A DNA stretch of 64,000 nt from a bacterium (GTDB taxonomy: Bacteria; JADJOY01), in assembly GCA_046331705.1 (NCBI GenBank), contig JAXLQJ010000025.1:1-64000 (forward strand). Reading direction: 5' to 3'. The notes beneath the pieces are model-generated. The model worked only from the letters and a program-made list of their open reading frames with translations, did no database searches and had not been told where the DNA came from. Shown here piece by piece: positions 39,348-49,768 of this stretch. Position numbers and translations under genes: made by a program. The first letter of the stretch is position 1, and the number at the start of each line of letters is the position of its first letter.

Positions 39348-42300
39348 CTACGCGGATGCGTCGTGAGTCGACGCGTCGAGGGCGTGGCCGATCGCGTCGG
39401 CGAGCGAGAGCCCGCGGCCTTCGTCGAAGCAGCGCGCCGCGACGTCGGCGCCGAGCGCTTCCCGAAGACCATCCAGCACGCCGTCGAACGCTTGCTGCTC
39501 GGGCGGCGAAAGGGTGGAGCGGATCGCCGTGCGCAGCCCCACGGCGGCGCCCGCCAGGCGCATGGCGCTCGCCGGGTCGCCGGCGAGAATCTCGACGCCG
39601 GCGAGCCCCTCGAACGCGTATGCGAGCCCGTCCTTGTCGCCCTCGTCGCGCACGAACACCAGCGCCGCGTGGAAGTGGCGGCGTGCCGCGGCCACGTCGC
39701 CCCGCAGCGTCGCGAGCGCGCCCAGGAGGTTGCTCGAGTACGCCACGATGCGCCGCGCGTCCATGGTGCGAGCCAGCTCGATGCTCTCGGCGAGACGCGA
39801 CTCGGCGCGCTCGAGGCGTCCGCGCCGCAGCTCGGCCTCGCCCAGGTTGTGCAGGATCACGCCGACGTTGGGCAGGTCCTCGATCCGGCGCGAGATCGCC
39901 AGCGCCTCCTCCAGCAGCTCGACCGCCTCGTCGTAGGCGCCGCGAAAGAGCGCGCGCAAGCCGAGGCCGTTGATGGCGCGCAGCAGGCCGCGCGGATCGT
40001 CGGTCCGGCGCATGCGCTCGATGCACTCGCGCTTGAGCTCGGTGGCGACGTCGTAATCGCCCATGCGCTCCGCGACGTGGGCGAGCGCTTGCAGCGTGGT
40101 GGCGAGCGCCCGCTCGTCGTCGCCCAGACGGCGCAGCGCCAGGCTGTCGTCGAGAAGCTCGCGGGCGTGCTCGAAATCGCCTTGCTCCTCCGCGAGGATG
40201 CCGGCCCAGTGAAGCGCTTCGCCGCACAGGTTGGCATCGAGGTCCGTGCCCCGCGCGAGCGCCGCTTCGAGCGCCCGCCGCCCCTCGGTCCAATGGGTGC
40301 GCAGATACCAGAACGGTCCCAGCGCCGCGCACAGGCGCAGCGCGGGCTGCGCGTCGCCGGGCCGCTTCAGGCTCCAATGCAAGGCGGCGCGCAGATTCCC
40401 GTGCTCGAGGGCCAAGCGCACGCACGCGGGGTCGCTGAGCCGGGAGCCGGCGCGCTCGGTGAGGCGCTCGGCCAGTCCCAGGAACCAGTCGCGATGCGCG
40501 ACGGCGAGACGCTCGGCCTCGCCGCTGGCGGCCAGCTTCTCGGCGGCGTAGCTGCGCGTGGTCTCGAGCATCCCGAAGCGCGTCTCGGTGCCCTCGGTGT
40601 CCACCATCACCAGCGATTTCTCGACGAGCTGGGTGAGCAGCTCGAGCACGTCCTCGCCCCCGTCGGGATCGAGCGGTCCGCAGATCGCCTCCGCCGCCTC
40701 CAGCGAGAAGCCCCCGGCGAACACCGAGAGCCGTGCGAAGAGCCGCTGCTCCGCCGGGCTCAGCAGCTGGTGACTCCAGTCGAACGTGGCGCGCAGCGCC
40801 TGCTGGCGGCGCAACGCCGAGCGAGGTCCGGATTCGAGCAGGCGGAAGCGGTCGTCGAGCTTGGCGAGGATCTGCTCGGGCGACAGCACCTTGACCCGCG
40901 CCGCGGCGAGCTCGATGGCGAGCGGGATGCCGTCGAGCTGGCTCACGATCTCGCGGACCGTCGGCGCCAGCTCGGGGGTCAGGCGAAACCCGGGTCGCGC
41001 CTGGCTGGCGCGATCGACGAAGAGCCGCACGGCCTCGGAGCTCAGCACCGCCTCGGGAGCGTCGCCGGCGAGCCGCGACGCCAGCGACAACGTGGGCACC
41101 GGCCAGCTCGTCTCGCCCGCGATCCCGAGCGCCGCGCGGCTGGTCGCGAGCACCCGTAGCCGCGGCGCATCGAGGAGCAGCGCCTCGGTGAGGCTCGCGC
41201 ACGCACTCAGCAGATGCTCGCAGTTGTCGAGGATCAACAGCGCCTGCTTGGTGCGCAGGAAATCGCTGAGCGAGTCGTGCGGCGGCGGACCCGCCTGGCC
41301 AGGCAGACCGAGCGCCCGCGCGACGGCGTCCGCCACCAGCGACGGGTCGTCGAGCGCGGCCAGCTCCACCAGCCAGACCCCGTCGGCGTGGCGATCCTCC
41401 AGGATCCGCCCGACGTGGAGCGCGAGGCGCGTCTTGCCGATGCCGCCGATGCCCGTGAGCGTCACCAGCCGCGCGCCGTGGAAGAGCTCGCTGACCTCGT
41501 CGATCTCGCGCGAGCGTCCCACGAAGCTCGAGATCGGATGGGGCAGGTTGCCGCGCACCCGCGCGCTCAGGCGCGCGGGGGTGATCTCGTGCGTCGAGGG
41601 GAGCTGGTCGGGCGCTTGCGTCGCGTCGAGCGCGGGATCGTCGCCCGCGGCTCGCTGCGGGTCGGCGACCAGCTCCACGGCGCTCAGCGCGTCGTGGAAC
41701 GCGCGCGCCGTGGGAAAGCGCAGCGCCGGCTCCTTCGCCAGCGCGCGCAGCACCGCGTCGTCGAGGGCCGCGGGAATCCCGCGCGCGAGCCGGCTCGGCG
41801 CCTCGGCGGCCTGGGTCACGTGGGCGGTGAGCTGCGCGGCCACCGATCCGGCGCCGACCGGCGCGCGGCCGGTGAGCATCTCGAAGAGCACGCAGCCCAG
41901 CGCGTACACGTCGGAGCGCGCGTCGATCGCCTTGCCCTGGCATTGCTCGGGCGACATGTAGGTCGGCGTGCCGAGCACGCGACCGTGAACGGTCATGCGC
42001 GGGTCGGCATCCGCTCCGCCCACGATCTTCACGATGCCGAAGTCGAGCACCCGCGGGATCGTTCCGCGCGAGGTGACCTCGAGGAAGATGTTGTCGGGCT
42101 TCAAGTCGCGGTGGATCACGCCCGCCTCGTGCGCCGCTTGCACGCCGAGGCACACGCGCCGCATGACGTCCACGGCGAACGCGATCTCGAGCGGCCCGTG
42201 GGCGCGGATCTCCTTGGCGAGCGAGCGGCCCTCGAGCAGCTCCATCACCAGGTACGCCCCCAGCGCCTCGTCGACGCCGAAGTCGTAGATCGTCACCAGG

Positions 42301-42515
42301 TACGGGTGGCGCAGTCGCGCGACGGTGCGCGCCTCCAGGCGGAAGCGCTCGACGATCGAGGGGTCCTCGATCAGCTCGCCGCGCAGCACCTTGACCGCGA
42401 CGGCGCGGTCGAGCTCGACGTGCGTCGCACGGAACACCGTGCCCATGCCGCCGGTGGCGAGCACGGGTCCGAGGCGGTACTTGCCGCCCAAGAGATCGTC
42501 GGCGAGCGAGGTCAT
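39348..42515 (-). CDS. Ser/Thr protein kinase fused to STAND-type NTPase and TPR repeats
   Basis: GGMG, VAVK, HRDLKPDN, DFG, YMSPEQ; Walker A GIGGIGKT, LLILDNCEH, LDGIPLAIELAA; TPR-like C-terminus. Confidence 0.93.
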   Translation of the reverse strand: MTSLADDLLGGKYRLGPVLATGGMGTVFRATHVELDRAVAVKVLRGELIEDPSIVERFRLEARTVARLRHPYLVTIYDFGVDEALGAYLVMELLEGRSLAKEIRAHGPLEIAFAVDVMRRVCLGVQAAHEAGVIHRDLKPDNIFLEVTSRGTIPRVLDFGIVKIVGGADADPRMTVHGRVLGTPTYMSPEQCQGKAIDARSDVYALGCVLFEMLTGRAPVGAGSVAAQLTAHVTQAAEAPSRLARGIPAALDDAVLRALAKEPALRFPTARAFHDALSAVELVADPQRAAGDDPALDATQAPDQLPSTHEITPARLSARVRGNLPHPISSFVGRSREIDEVSELFHGARLVTLTGIGGIGKTRLALHVGRILEDRHADGVWLVELAALDDPSLVADAVARALGLPGQAGPPPHDSLSDFLRTKQALLILDNCEHLLSACASLTEALLLDAPRLRVLATSRAALGIAGETSWPVPTLSLASRLAGDAPEAVLSSEAVRLFVDRASQARPGFRLTPELAPTVREIVSQLDGIPLAIELAAARVKVLSPEQILAKLDDRFRLLESGPRSALRRQQALRATFDWSHQLLSPAEQRLFARLSVFAGGFSLEAAEAICGPLDPDGGEDVLELLTQLVEKSLVMVDTEGTETRFGMLETTRSYAAEKLAASGEAERLAVAHRDWFLGLAERLTERAGSRLSDPACVRLALEHGNLRAALHWSLKRPGDAQPALRLCAALGPFWYLRTHWTEGRRALEAALARGTDLDANLCGEALHWAGILAEEQGDFEHARELLDDSLALRRLGDDERALATTLQALAHVAERMGDYDVATELKRECIERMRRTDDPRGLLRAINGLGLRALFRGAYDEAVELLEEALAISRRIEDLPNVGVILHNLGEAELRRGRLERAESRLAESIELARTMDARRIVAYSSNLLGALATLRGDVAAARRHFHAALVFVRDEGDKDGLAYAFEGLAGVEILAGDPASAMRLAGAAVGLRTAIRSTLSPPEQQAFDGVLDGLREALGADVAARCFDEGRGLSLADAIGHALDASTHDASA

Positions 42516-42579
42516 GGCGAGGCCGCGCCACGTAGGCCCCCCGGGCCAGGGCGAGGCGCTCGCGAGCCTACACCAGCCC

Positions 42580-45500
42580 TTACCCGCTGGAACGTGCCGC
42601 GCGGGGCGTGCGGCCAGAGCGGCTCGAGCGGCCTGCGCGGCGTCGCGCCGAGGTACGCTGCCGAGGAGCGGGGGTGGGCCGCGTGGGCTCGGTGACGACG
42701 TACCCGTCGCGGGCGCCGTTGAGCACCCACGTCGCGCGCACCCGCGGCGCGAGCCCGAGGCCGAGCTGACGCAGCGCGGGCTTGCGCGCCCGGTAGCCCT
42801 CGGTCATCGGGATGTGCACCGGGAAGAGCACGAAGTGCGGTAGCGCGCTGCTCGAGAGCCGGCGCGAGAGATGGCGATGGAGCGCCTCCGGCGTGAGCTC
42901 GATCCCTGGCTTCAGCGTCAGCGCCAGCGCCAGCTCCTCCACCTCGCGCTCGCGCCCGCCGTGGGTGCGAACGCCGTATGCGACGGCGAGCGCCACCTCG
43001 TCGAGCTCGAGCACCGCGTCCTCGACGGCGCGCGAATAGACCGGGCCGCCGGGAGTGATCACCGTGTCGGCGACGTTGTCGACGACCCAATAGTCGCCGT
43101 CGCCGTCGCGCCGCATGAGATCGCCGGTCACGAACCAGCGATCGTCGACCGCGCGCACGTCGCGGGCGATGCGGCGCTCGGTGTCGCGGTCGCTGGTGTA
43201 GCCGTCGAAGCTGAGCCCCTTCTTGTGCGGGTCGAGCCGCGCCAGCAGCATGCCCACCTCGTCCTTGCGAGCCACCAGCGCGCGACCGTCGCGGTTTCGC
43301 GCCAGGGCCCGCCGCTCGAAGTCCCAACGCACCAGCGCCAGCTCGCTGGTCCCCGGCAGCGGCTTGCCGACCGAGCCGAGCTTCTTCGGATCGTCGTTGG
43401 CGAGCAGGCAGTTGCCCTCGGTCGACGCGTAGAACTCGAGCACGCGCGCGGGCGCGAAGCGTGTCTCGAGCGCGCGCCAGGTTCGGTTGCGCAATCCGCT
43501 GCCCGCGAAGAGTCGCAGCGGGTGCTGGTGGTCGGCGGGCGCCGCGGGCGCGTCCAGCAGCGCCGCGCACATCTCGCCGGCGTAGAACGCCACGCTCGCT
43601 CCGTAACGCCGCACCTCGTCCCAGAAGCTCTCGGGCTGGAATCCCGGCGCCAGCGCCAGCCGGGCGCCGCCGATCAGCGCACCGCCGATCGCCGCGAGCA
43701 TGCCCGCCGCGTGGTGCGGCGGCAGGCAGCAATAGACCGTGTCCTGGGACGTGAGCTTGGCGGCGGCGGCGGCGCCCAGCGCCGACGCGGCCCAGCGACG
43801 ATTCGTGATGCGCGCCGCGCGCATCTCGCCTTCGCGCCGCCCGGCGGTGAAGAGCACCATCGCGAGATCGTCGGCGCGGCCGGGGTTGGGCCGATACCAC
43901 GGTGGCAGCGCCACCCGAGCCGGGTCGACGGCCTCCAGGTTGACCACGCCGCGCGGCAGCCGCCTGGCGCCGCCGGGGCCGCCGCCCAGGACCAGCACGT
44001 CGCCCTTGCGAGAGGCGGCGCGGGCGGCCGACGCGTGCTCGGGATCGGTGACCACGACGTCGCAGCCGGCGAGGGTGAGCGCGTGAGCGAGCGCCGCGCC
44101 CTCGAGGGCCGGCGGCACCAGCACGCTCGCCGCGCCGAGCCGGCTCACGGCGCCCACGATGGTGAGGAAGCTGGGACGCACGTGCATGAGCACGCCCACG
44201 CGCTGCCCCATGCGCACGCCGCGGTCGATCAACCCGCGCACCACGTTGTCGACGCGCTCTTCCGCTTGCGCGTAGCTGAACGCGCGCCCCTCCCACAGGA
44301 AGAACGTCTTGTCCGGAATCGCGCGTGCCTGCTCGGCGAGGCCGCGGGCGAGGCTCAGGCGCGAGTCGTCCTCGATCGCGCTCATCCGCGCCAGGCGCGG
44401 CGCTTGCCAGCGGAGGTTGTCGACCAGGTCGCCGACGGTCTTCGAGACGTCGCCGAGCGCGTTCCAGAGCCCGTCGATCCGGTCCGTGGTGGCGTCGTAG
44501 ACGTGCTCCGCAGTGGTCGCGCGCGCGGCCGCGGCACCGCGTCGAGGGCGCTTGCCGAGCAGTCGGCGGGCGGTCTCGCGGGCGCCGGCCGGCCCACCTT
44601 CGAGCATCGCCGGGATGGCGCCGAGGCCCTCGCGCCAGCGCACCCACTCGACCACCGTGGGCCAGGCGAGCTTCATCGCCGTCGAGCCGACCACCAGGCC
44701 GAAATGCCCGGCCGGCAGCGGCACCTCGAAGCTCTCGGCATGGGGCGTGGCCTTCGCGACCGCGCGCACGCTCGCCGGCAGGGCGATGTCGTCTCGGTCG
44801 CCCACGAAGAAGAGGATCGGGCAGCTGATGTCCGCGAGCGTCACGGTGCGGCCGTCGACCACGAAACCGCCCTTGAGCATTCGGTTCATCACCACGAACT
44901 CGTCGACGAAGGTCCGAAGCGCCGGACCGGGCCAGGCGACGAACCCTTCGCCGGCCAGGAAGCGCCGCTTGCTCTCGTCGCGCGCCAGCGCTTCGCGATC
45001 GTGGAGCTTGCCCAGGAGCTGGATGCGCTGGTTCATCTCCTTGCGCAGGCTCAGCAGCTTGAAGCCGGTGCTGGTGAGGAAGCCCGGCAGGCCGTCGATC
45101 TGATCCAGGGTGGTCGCGATGGCGCCGCGCGCCGCGCCGGTGAGACGCGCGGCGAGGCCCTTGGAGAGCCCGGGCATGTTGCGGTGGACGTCCACCGGCG
45201 AGCCGAACGTGATGACCGACGCGAGCCGATCCGAGCGCCGGTACGCGGCCGTCTGGTACGCGAACATGCCGCCTTGCGAGTAGCCGGCGAGGTGCACCGC
45301 GCGGCCCGTCACCGCGCTCACGTGATCGACGGCGCTCGAGACCGCGCGGATGTGATCGTCGAGGGTGCGCTCCATGCCGCCTTGCTGATGCTCGGGAGCG
45401 CCGAAGTCGACGAGCCAGACGTCGAGCCCAGCGGCACCAAGCGCCGCGACCGCGCTCAGCTCGGGCGAGATGTCGTAGATCTCGGACGCCACCATGAGCG

Positions 45501-45759
45501 GCGGAACGAGCAGCACCGGCGGGCGCTTCGGCTTGCCGTTCGCGCCCGCGCTGCCGTAACGCCGCAGGCGGAAGATCGGGTCCTCGCGGACCACCTCGAA
45601 GGGCGCCGCGTACGGGGCGCCGAGCCGGCCTTCGCTCAGGATCGTGAACGCGTTGCGGCCGGCGAGACGCAACCTGTCGAGGGCGCTGTCGGGGGCCGTG
45701 CCGGAGCGTGGGCGCGTTCGTGCGCGCCGGCGGGATCGCGAGGATCGAGTCTCAGCCAT
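42580..45759 (-). CDS. PhaC-like alpha/beta hydrolase fused to acyl-CoA synthetase (Rv1683-like architecture)
   Basis: PVLLVPPLM, AGYSQGG, GHFGLVVG; FYASTEG, WFVTGDL. Confidence 0.88.
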   Translation of the reverse strand: MAETRSSRSRRRARTRPRSGTAPDSALDRLRLAGRNAFTILSEGRLGAPYAAPFEVVREDPIFRLRRYGSAGANGKPKRPPVLLVPPLMVASEIYDISPELSAVAALGAAGLDVWLVDFGAPEHQQGGMERTLDDHIRAVSSAVDHVSAVTGRAVHLAGYSQGGMFAYQTAAYRRSDRLASVITFGSPVDVHRNMPGLSKGLAARLTGAARGAIATTLDQIDGLPGFLTSTGFKLLSLRKEMNQRIQLLGKLHDREALARDESKRRFLAGEGFVAWPGPALRTFVDEFVVMNRMLKGGFVVDGRTVTLADISCPILFFVGDRDDIALPASVRAVAKATPHAESFEVPLPAGHFGLVVGSTAMKLAWPTVVEWVRWREGLGAIPAMLEGGPAGARETARRLLGKRPRRGAAAARATTAEHVYDATTDRIDGLWNALGDVSKTVGDLVDNLRWQAPRLARMSAIEDDSRLSLARGLAEQARAIPDKTFFLWEGRAFSYAQAEERVDNVVRGLIDRGVRMGQRVGVLMHVRPSFLTIVGAVSRLGAASVLVPPALEGAALAHALTLAGCDVVVTDPEHASAARAASRKGDVLVLGGGPGGARRLPRGVVNLEAVDPARVALPPWYRPNPGRADDLAMVLFTAGRREGEMRAARITNRRWAASALGAAAAAKLTSQDTVYCCLPPHHAAGMLAAIGGALIGGARLALAPGFQPESFWDEVRRYGASVAFYAGEMCAALLDAPAAPADHQHPLRLFAGSGLRNRTWRALETRFAPARVLEFYASTEGNCLLANDDPKKLGSVGKPLPGTSELALVRWDFERRALARNRDGRALVARKDEVGMLLARLDPHKKGLSFDGYTSDRDTERRIARDVRAVDDRWFVTGDLMRRDGDGDYWVVDNVADTVITPGGPVYSRAVEDAVLELDEVALAVAYGVRTHGGREREVEELALALTLKPGIELTPEALHRHLSRRLSSSALPHFVLFPVHIPMTEGYRARKPALRQLGLGLAPRVRATWVLNGARDGYVVTEPTRPTPAPRQRTSARRRAGRSSRSGRTPRAARSSG

Positions 45760-45877
45760 GGGAGCTCCCGCGAATGCGATCGTGCGCGTGGTGGTGATCT
45801 CGGGGTGGCGTCGGGTCGCGATCGCCGGTTTTCGACCTCATCCCATACAATCTCGCGCCAAGAGAGGGAATACGCGG

Positions 45878-46627
45878 ATGACCGAGCCCGTGAAGATCAT
45901 CGGTAACTATCTGTCGCCGTACGTCCGCAAGGTGCTGGCGATCCTTCACCTGAAGGGGCTCGCCTACCGAATCGATCCGATCGTGCCGTTCTACGGCGAC
46001 GAGGCCTTCGGCGCGCTGAGCCCGCTGCGACGCATCCCCGTGCTCATCGATGATCGCGTGACGCTCGCGGACTCGTCCGTGATCTGTCAGTACCTGGAGG
46101 ATCGCCATCCCGATCCGCCGCTCTATCCCGCGGACGTGGCCGATCGGGCGCAGGCGCGCTGGCTCGAGGAGTACGCCGACACCCGCATCGGCGACGTCTT
46201 CATCTGGCGGATCTACAACCAGCTCGTGATCCGCCGCTTCGTGTGGAACCAGCCGGTGGATCAGCCGCTGGTGGAACGCACCCTCGCCGAGGACGTGCCC
46301 GAGGTCCTCGACTATCTGGAACGCTGGGCGCCCGAGCAGGGCTTCCTCTTCGGTGCGCTCTCGATCGCCGACATCAGCGTCGCGAGCTTCTTTCGCAATG
46401 CCGCGTTGGCGCGGGTCACCGTCGACGCGGCGCGCTGGCCGCGCACGGCCGCGTTCGTGGAGCGGGTGCTCGCCGAGGAATGCTTCCAGCACCTCAGCCC
46501 GTTCGAGCGGATCTCCGCGAAGACGCCGATTCCCCAGCAGCGGGAGGCCCTCGCGGCAGCGGGCGCTCCGGTCACCGCCGAGACCCACTTCACGTCGACG
46601 CCGCGGAAGGGCCCGATGAGCGTGTGA
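45878..46627 (+). CDS. glutathione S-transferase family protein
   Basis: SPYVRKV, SPLRRIPVL, DSSVICQYLE, SIADI. Confidence 0.92.
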   Translation: MTEPVKIIGNYLSPYVRKVLAILHLKGLAYRIDPIVPFYGDEAFGALSPLRRIPVLIDDRVTLADSSVICQYLEDRHPDPPLYPADVADRAQARWLEEYADTRIGDVFIWRIYNQLVIRRFVWNQPVDQPLVERTLAEDVPEVLDYLERWAPEQGFLFGALSIADISVASFFRNAALARVTVDAARWPRTAAFVERVLAEECFQHLSPFERISAKTPIPQQREALAAAGAPVTAETHFTSTPRKGPMSV

Positions 46628-46781
46628 CGCGCACGCCGCGGCACCGCGACGAGCGCAGCCTGTCGAGTCGCGCTCGGGCCCCGTCGCGGCTCCGCCGCGA
46701 TGGGCGGGGGGCTGGGACAGCTGGCCGAGGAAACGTCGCCAGCCTCGCACGGCTCGCGCCCGCGAGTTGCGCAGCGACCTG

Positions 46782-49500
46782 TCAGTGGCGGTGGACCGCC
46801 TCGTTCGCGGGGCGTCGGGAGGCGGCGGCGCGCGATCCGGGCAGGACCCACCGATCGATCAGGAACCCTTCGGCCGGTGCCTGCGTGGCCTCGGCCGGGC
46901 TTCCCGGTCCCGGACCCGCGGGAATCCAGCCCGCGGGGACGTTCCCGAACACGCGCCGCGGCGGTTGCATCGGCTGGCGGCGCCGGTCGTTCTCGGCAGG
47001 CGTGCCCGCGTCGTAGGTCAGCGCCGCGATCGAGAGCCCGCCCTTGCCGTGCTCGGTGTGGCACGTGCGGCAAAACGCGTTCGCCGACGAGTCGGGTCGG
47101 GGTGTCCCTGCGACGAGCGGCCCCTCGGGGAAGTTGACGGCGCGCCGGATCGAGCGCGTGCCCGCGGGCAGGTTCGCGAGGTTCGCGCCGTGATCGCGCG
47201 TGTAGTCGTGGAAGCACGCGAAGCGTGTCCCCGCGGGCTCGTTCGCCGCTGCGGCCACCTCGGCGTGCGCCCACGCGGGATACGTGTCGCCGTCGGCGCC
47301 GGGCGCCGCGCCGGCAGCGAGCGCCACCAACGTGCCGTCGGCGTGATTGCACGCCACTTCCACGTTCGGCGCGTGCGCGAAGATCTCGAGCTCGTCGATC
47401 CAACCGCGGAACCCCGCGACGCTGCCGTCGACGCCGCCGATCGCGAGGTCGCCCTCGGTCACGGCGAAGAGCGGTGCGTCCGCGCGGTAGCGATCCAGCG
47501 CGAAGCCGTCGTGGAACAGGGTGAGCTCGCGATTCCCGTCGCGCATGCGCCACGCGAGGTGGATCCAGCCCTCGCTCGGCGGCAGCGCGATCGAGTGCAG
47601 CGGCGCTCCATCCGCGAGGTACTCGACGGTGGTGCGCCCCGACAGCCGAATGCTGCTGCCGTCGGGGAAGCGCGCCAGCACCCGTGGCGTCGCGTCGCCC
47701 GAGCGCGGATCGACGAAGACCCCCGCGTACCACTCGCTCGCGAGCACGTCACGCGTCTGTGCGGGCACCTCGTAATGGATTGCGTCCGCACCCGAGAGCC
47801 AGAAGCCCTTGCCGTGGATGCCGCCCATCGCCACCGGTTCCACGCGTCCCACGCCGGCTGCGACGCGCCCGTAGGCGGGCACGTTCCAGCCCAGCGAGGT
47901 GGCCGCGTTCTGGAGGTGGATCTCGTCGGCGGCGTCCGGGAAGAGCAACACGTTGAAGTCGGGAAGGCGGGTGGGAACGATGGGCCAGCGCAGCTGACCG
48001 TTCCAGTAGTGGGGCACGCCGATCGTGGCGCCGGCGGCGTCGCGGTATTGGGTGATCGACGCCTGCATGTTGGAGAGCAGAAAGGCGTTGGGATCGACGT
48101 AGTCGTCGAACGCGATCTCGTCGGTGCCGACCCCGGTGCCCATGATCCACACCACGTCTCGCGGTGTGATCGGCGTGGCTTCGCGATCGTAGTTGGGCAG
48201 GTTCTGGAGCGAGTCGAGGATGTTGGCGTTCCCCGAGTAGCCCGCCGGCGCTGGCCCGCCCTCGCGAGCGCCGGCGCGGCCGCCGCCCACGTGGACGCTC
48301 ACGTCCGCGCCGCTCGCGTCGCGATAGAGATCCACGAGGTAGTGCATCGTCGGCGAGATGCCGACGGCCCAGTCGACGTTGTTGATGAGCCCGTCGAGGT
48401 GCACGAGCTTGCCGTGGGTCCAGAGCCCGGCCACCAGATAGCCACGGTCCCAATCGATCGGCTCGGGGTAGCTCTCGCAGCCGTCGATCAGGCAGCGCCG
48501 CGGATAGAGCGTCTGCGATTGCTCGGACACCCGGCCCGGCACGCCGGTCATGAACACGTTGGTGCCTTCGCGATCCACCCACGGGTAACTGCCGCCCATG
48601 TCCTCGCCATCGGGGATGGGCTGCCCCTCGCTGTCGCGGAACGGGTACGCGGCGAGGCCGTAGCGCGCGACCATCTCGGGATCGAAGGGTGCGTGCGACA
48701 TGGGATGGAACGTGGTCCAGCCGGTCACGTCGCAGGGCGTCGCGGTTTCCGGCAGCACGGCGTAGCCGAGGTCGTAATAGCGGATCTTGGTTTCGCCGGT
48801 GACGGGATTCGTCCACGCGCGCGGCGCACCGCCGAAGCGGCCGGTGAGCAGCCGTCCGTCGCGGGTGATGGCGGCTTCGGTCCAGTCGTTGGTGAGCGCG
48901 AGCGTGCCGCCGCGCACCGACGCGCCGAGGTCGACCCGCGTGATGTGTGCACCCGGTGTCTTCGGCTCCGCCACCCGGACGGTCGCGGGGGTGCCCCAGA
49001 ACTGCGTCGCCAGGCCGACCGCGGTGGTGCTGACGATGGTGATGTCGTAGCAGTCGTCGTGGCTGTCACTGCCGCATGGGTACGGATTGGGACGCTCGCC
49101 GGGCTGCGCGAATTCCTCGGTGGGATCGCAGATCGCCGCGTGGCCGATGGCCGTCACGCTCGGGTCGTCGTTGACGGGGAGCGGCACCAGCACGGGATCC
49201 GTGCTGGCGAGGATTCGCGTGCCCGCGGGGCCGGTCAGGATCGGCTCGCCGAGCTTCTCCGGGACGAACAGATAGAACGAGAGATCACGTGGCCCACCCT
49301 GGACGCGCAGCGCCACGCGGCCGTCCATCGTGGTGCGGTGGCCGGGAACCTGTGGCTGGGCGAACTGGCCATCCTCGCCGATGCGCGCCACGTCGCGCGA
49401 CGATCGCCGGCGGCTCGGGCCGTTCCCCGCTCGTGCAAGCGTCGAGGGCGAGCGCGCAGAGCGCGAGAGCGAACATGACGGAATGCCGGCGGCGAGTCAT
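46782..49500 (-). CDS. large Cys-rich lipoprotein with LamG-like region and C-terminal CxxCH; frameshift near 49392 (sequence error or pseudogene)
   Basis: Main ORF 46782..49391; signal peptide MTRRRHSVMFALALCALALDAC starts at 49500 in another frame; WIHLAW...LFHDG...FRGWIDELEIF; FCRTCH. Confidence 0.75.
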
Positions 49501-49768
49501 CGGATGCTCCCCGAAACGAGGTTCGGCGGACGTGCAGGTGTGCCGCGACGCCGATCCGGTCGCAGCGCGAACGAGGCGGGCCGACGGGGCGTCGACATCC
49601 TTCATACGGGCATGAGCGCGACCGTCGCAAGGTGCGGTGCACGACGCGCAGGTCGCGGAGGGCTCCGTACCGATTCTGCCCGTCAGGTCCGCGTCGTAGG
49701 TCGCGCAAGGTGCGGGTGCGGCGAGACCACAGTAGAACGTGGCCGCACGCTCGCATGCGCGGAGGTGA

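Noticed and set aside
39348-42515. Avs-type anti-phage STAND system
   Set aside because: The NTPase motifs match the common regulatory kinase/ATPase/TPR class, and there is no defence-island context
42580-45759. PHA synthase phaC
   Set aside because: Ser rather than Cys in the lipase box, a fused synthetase domain, and no phaA, phaB or phaE nearby
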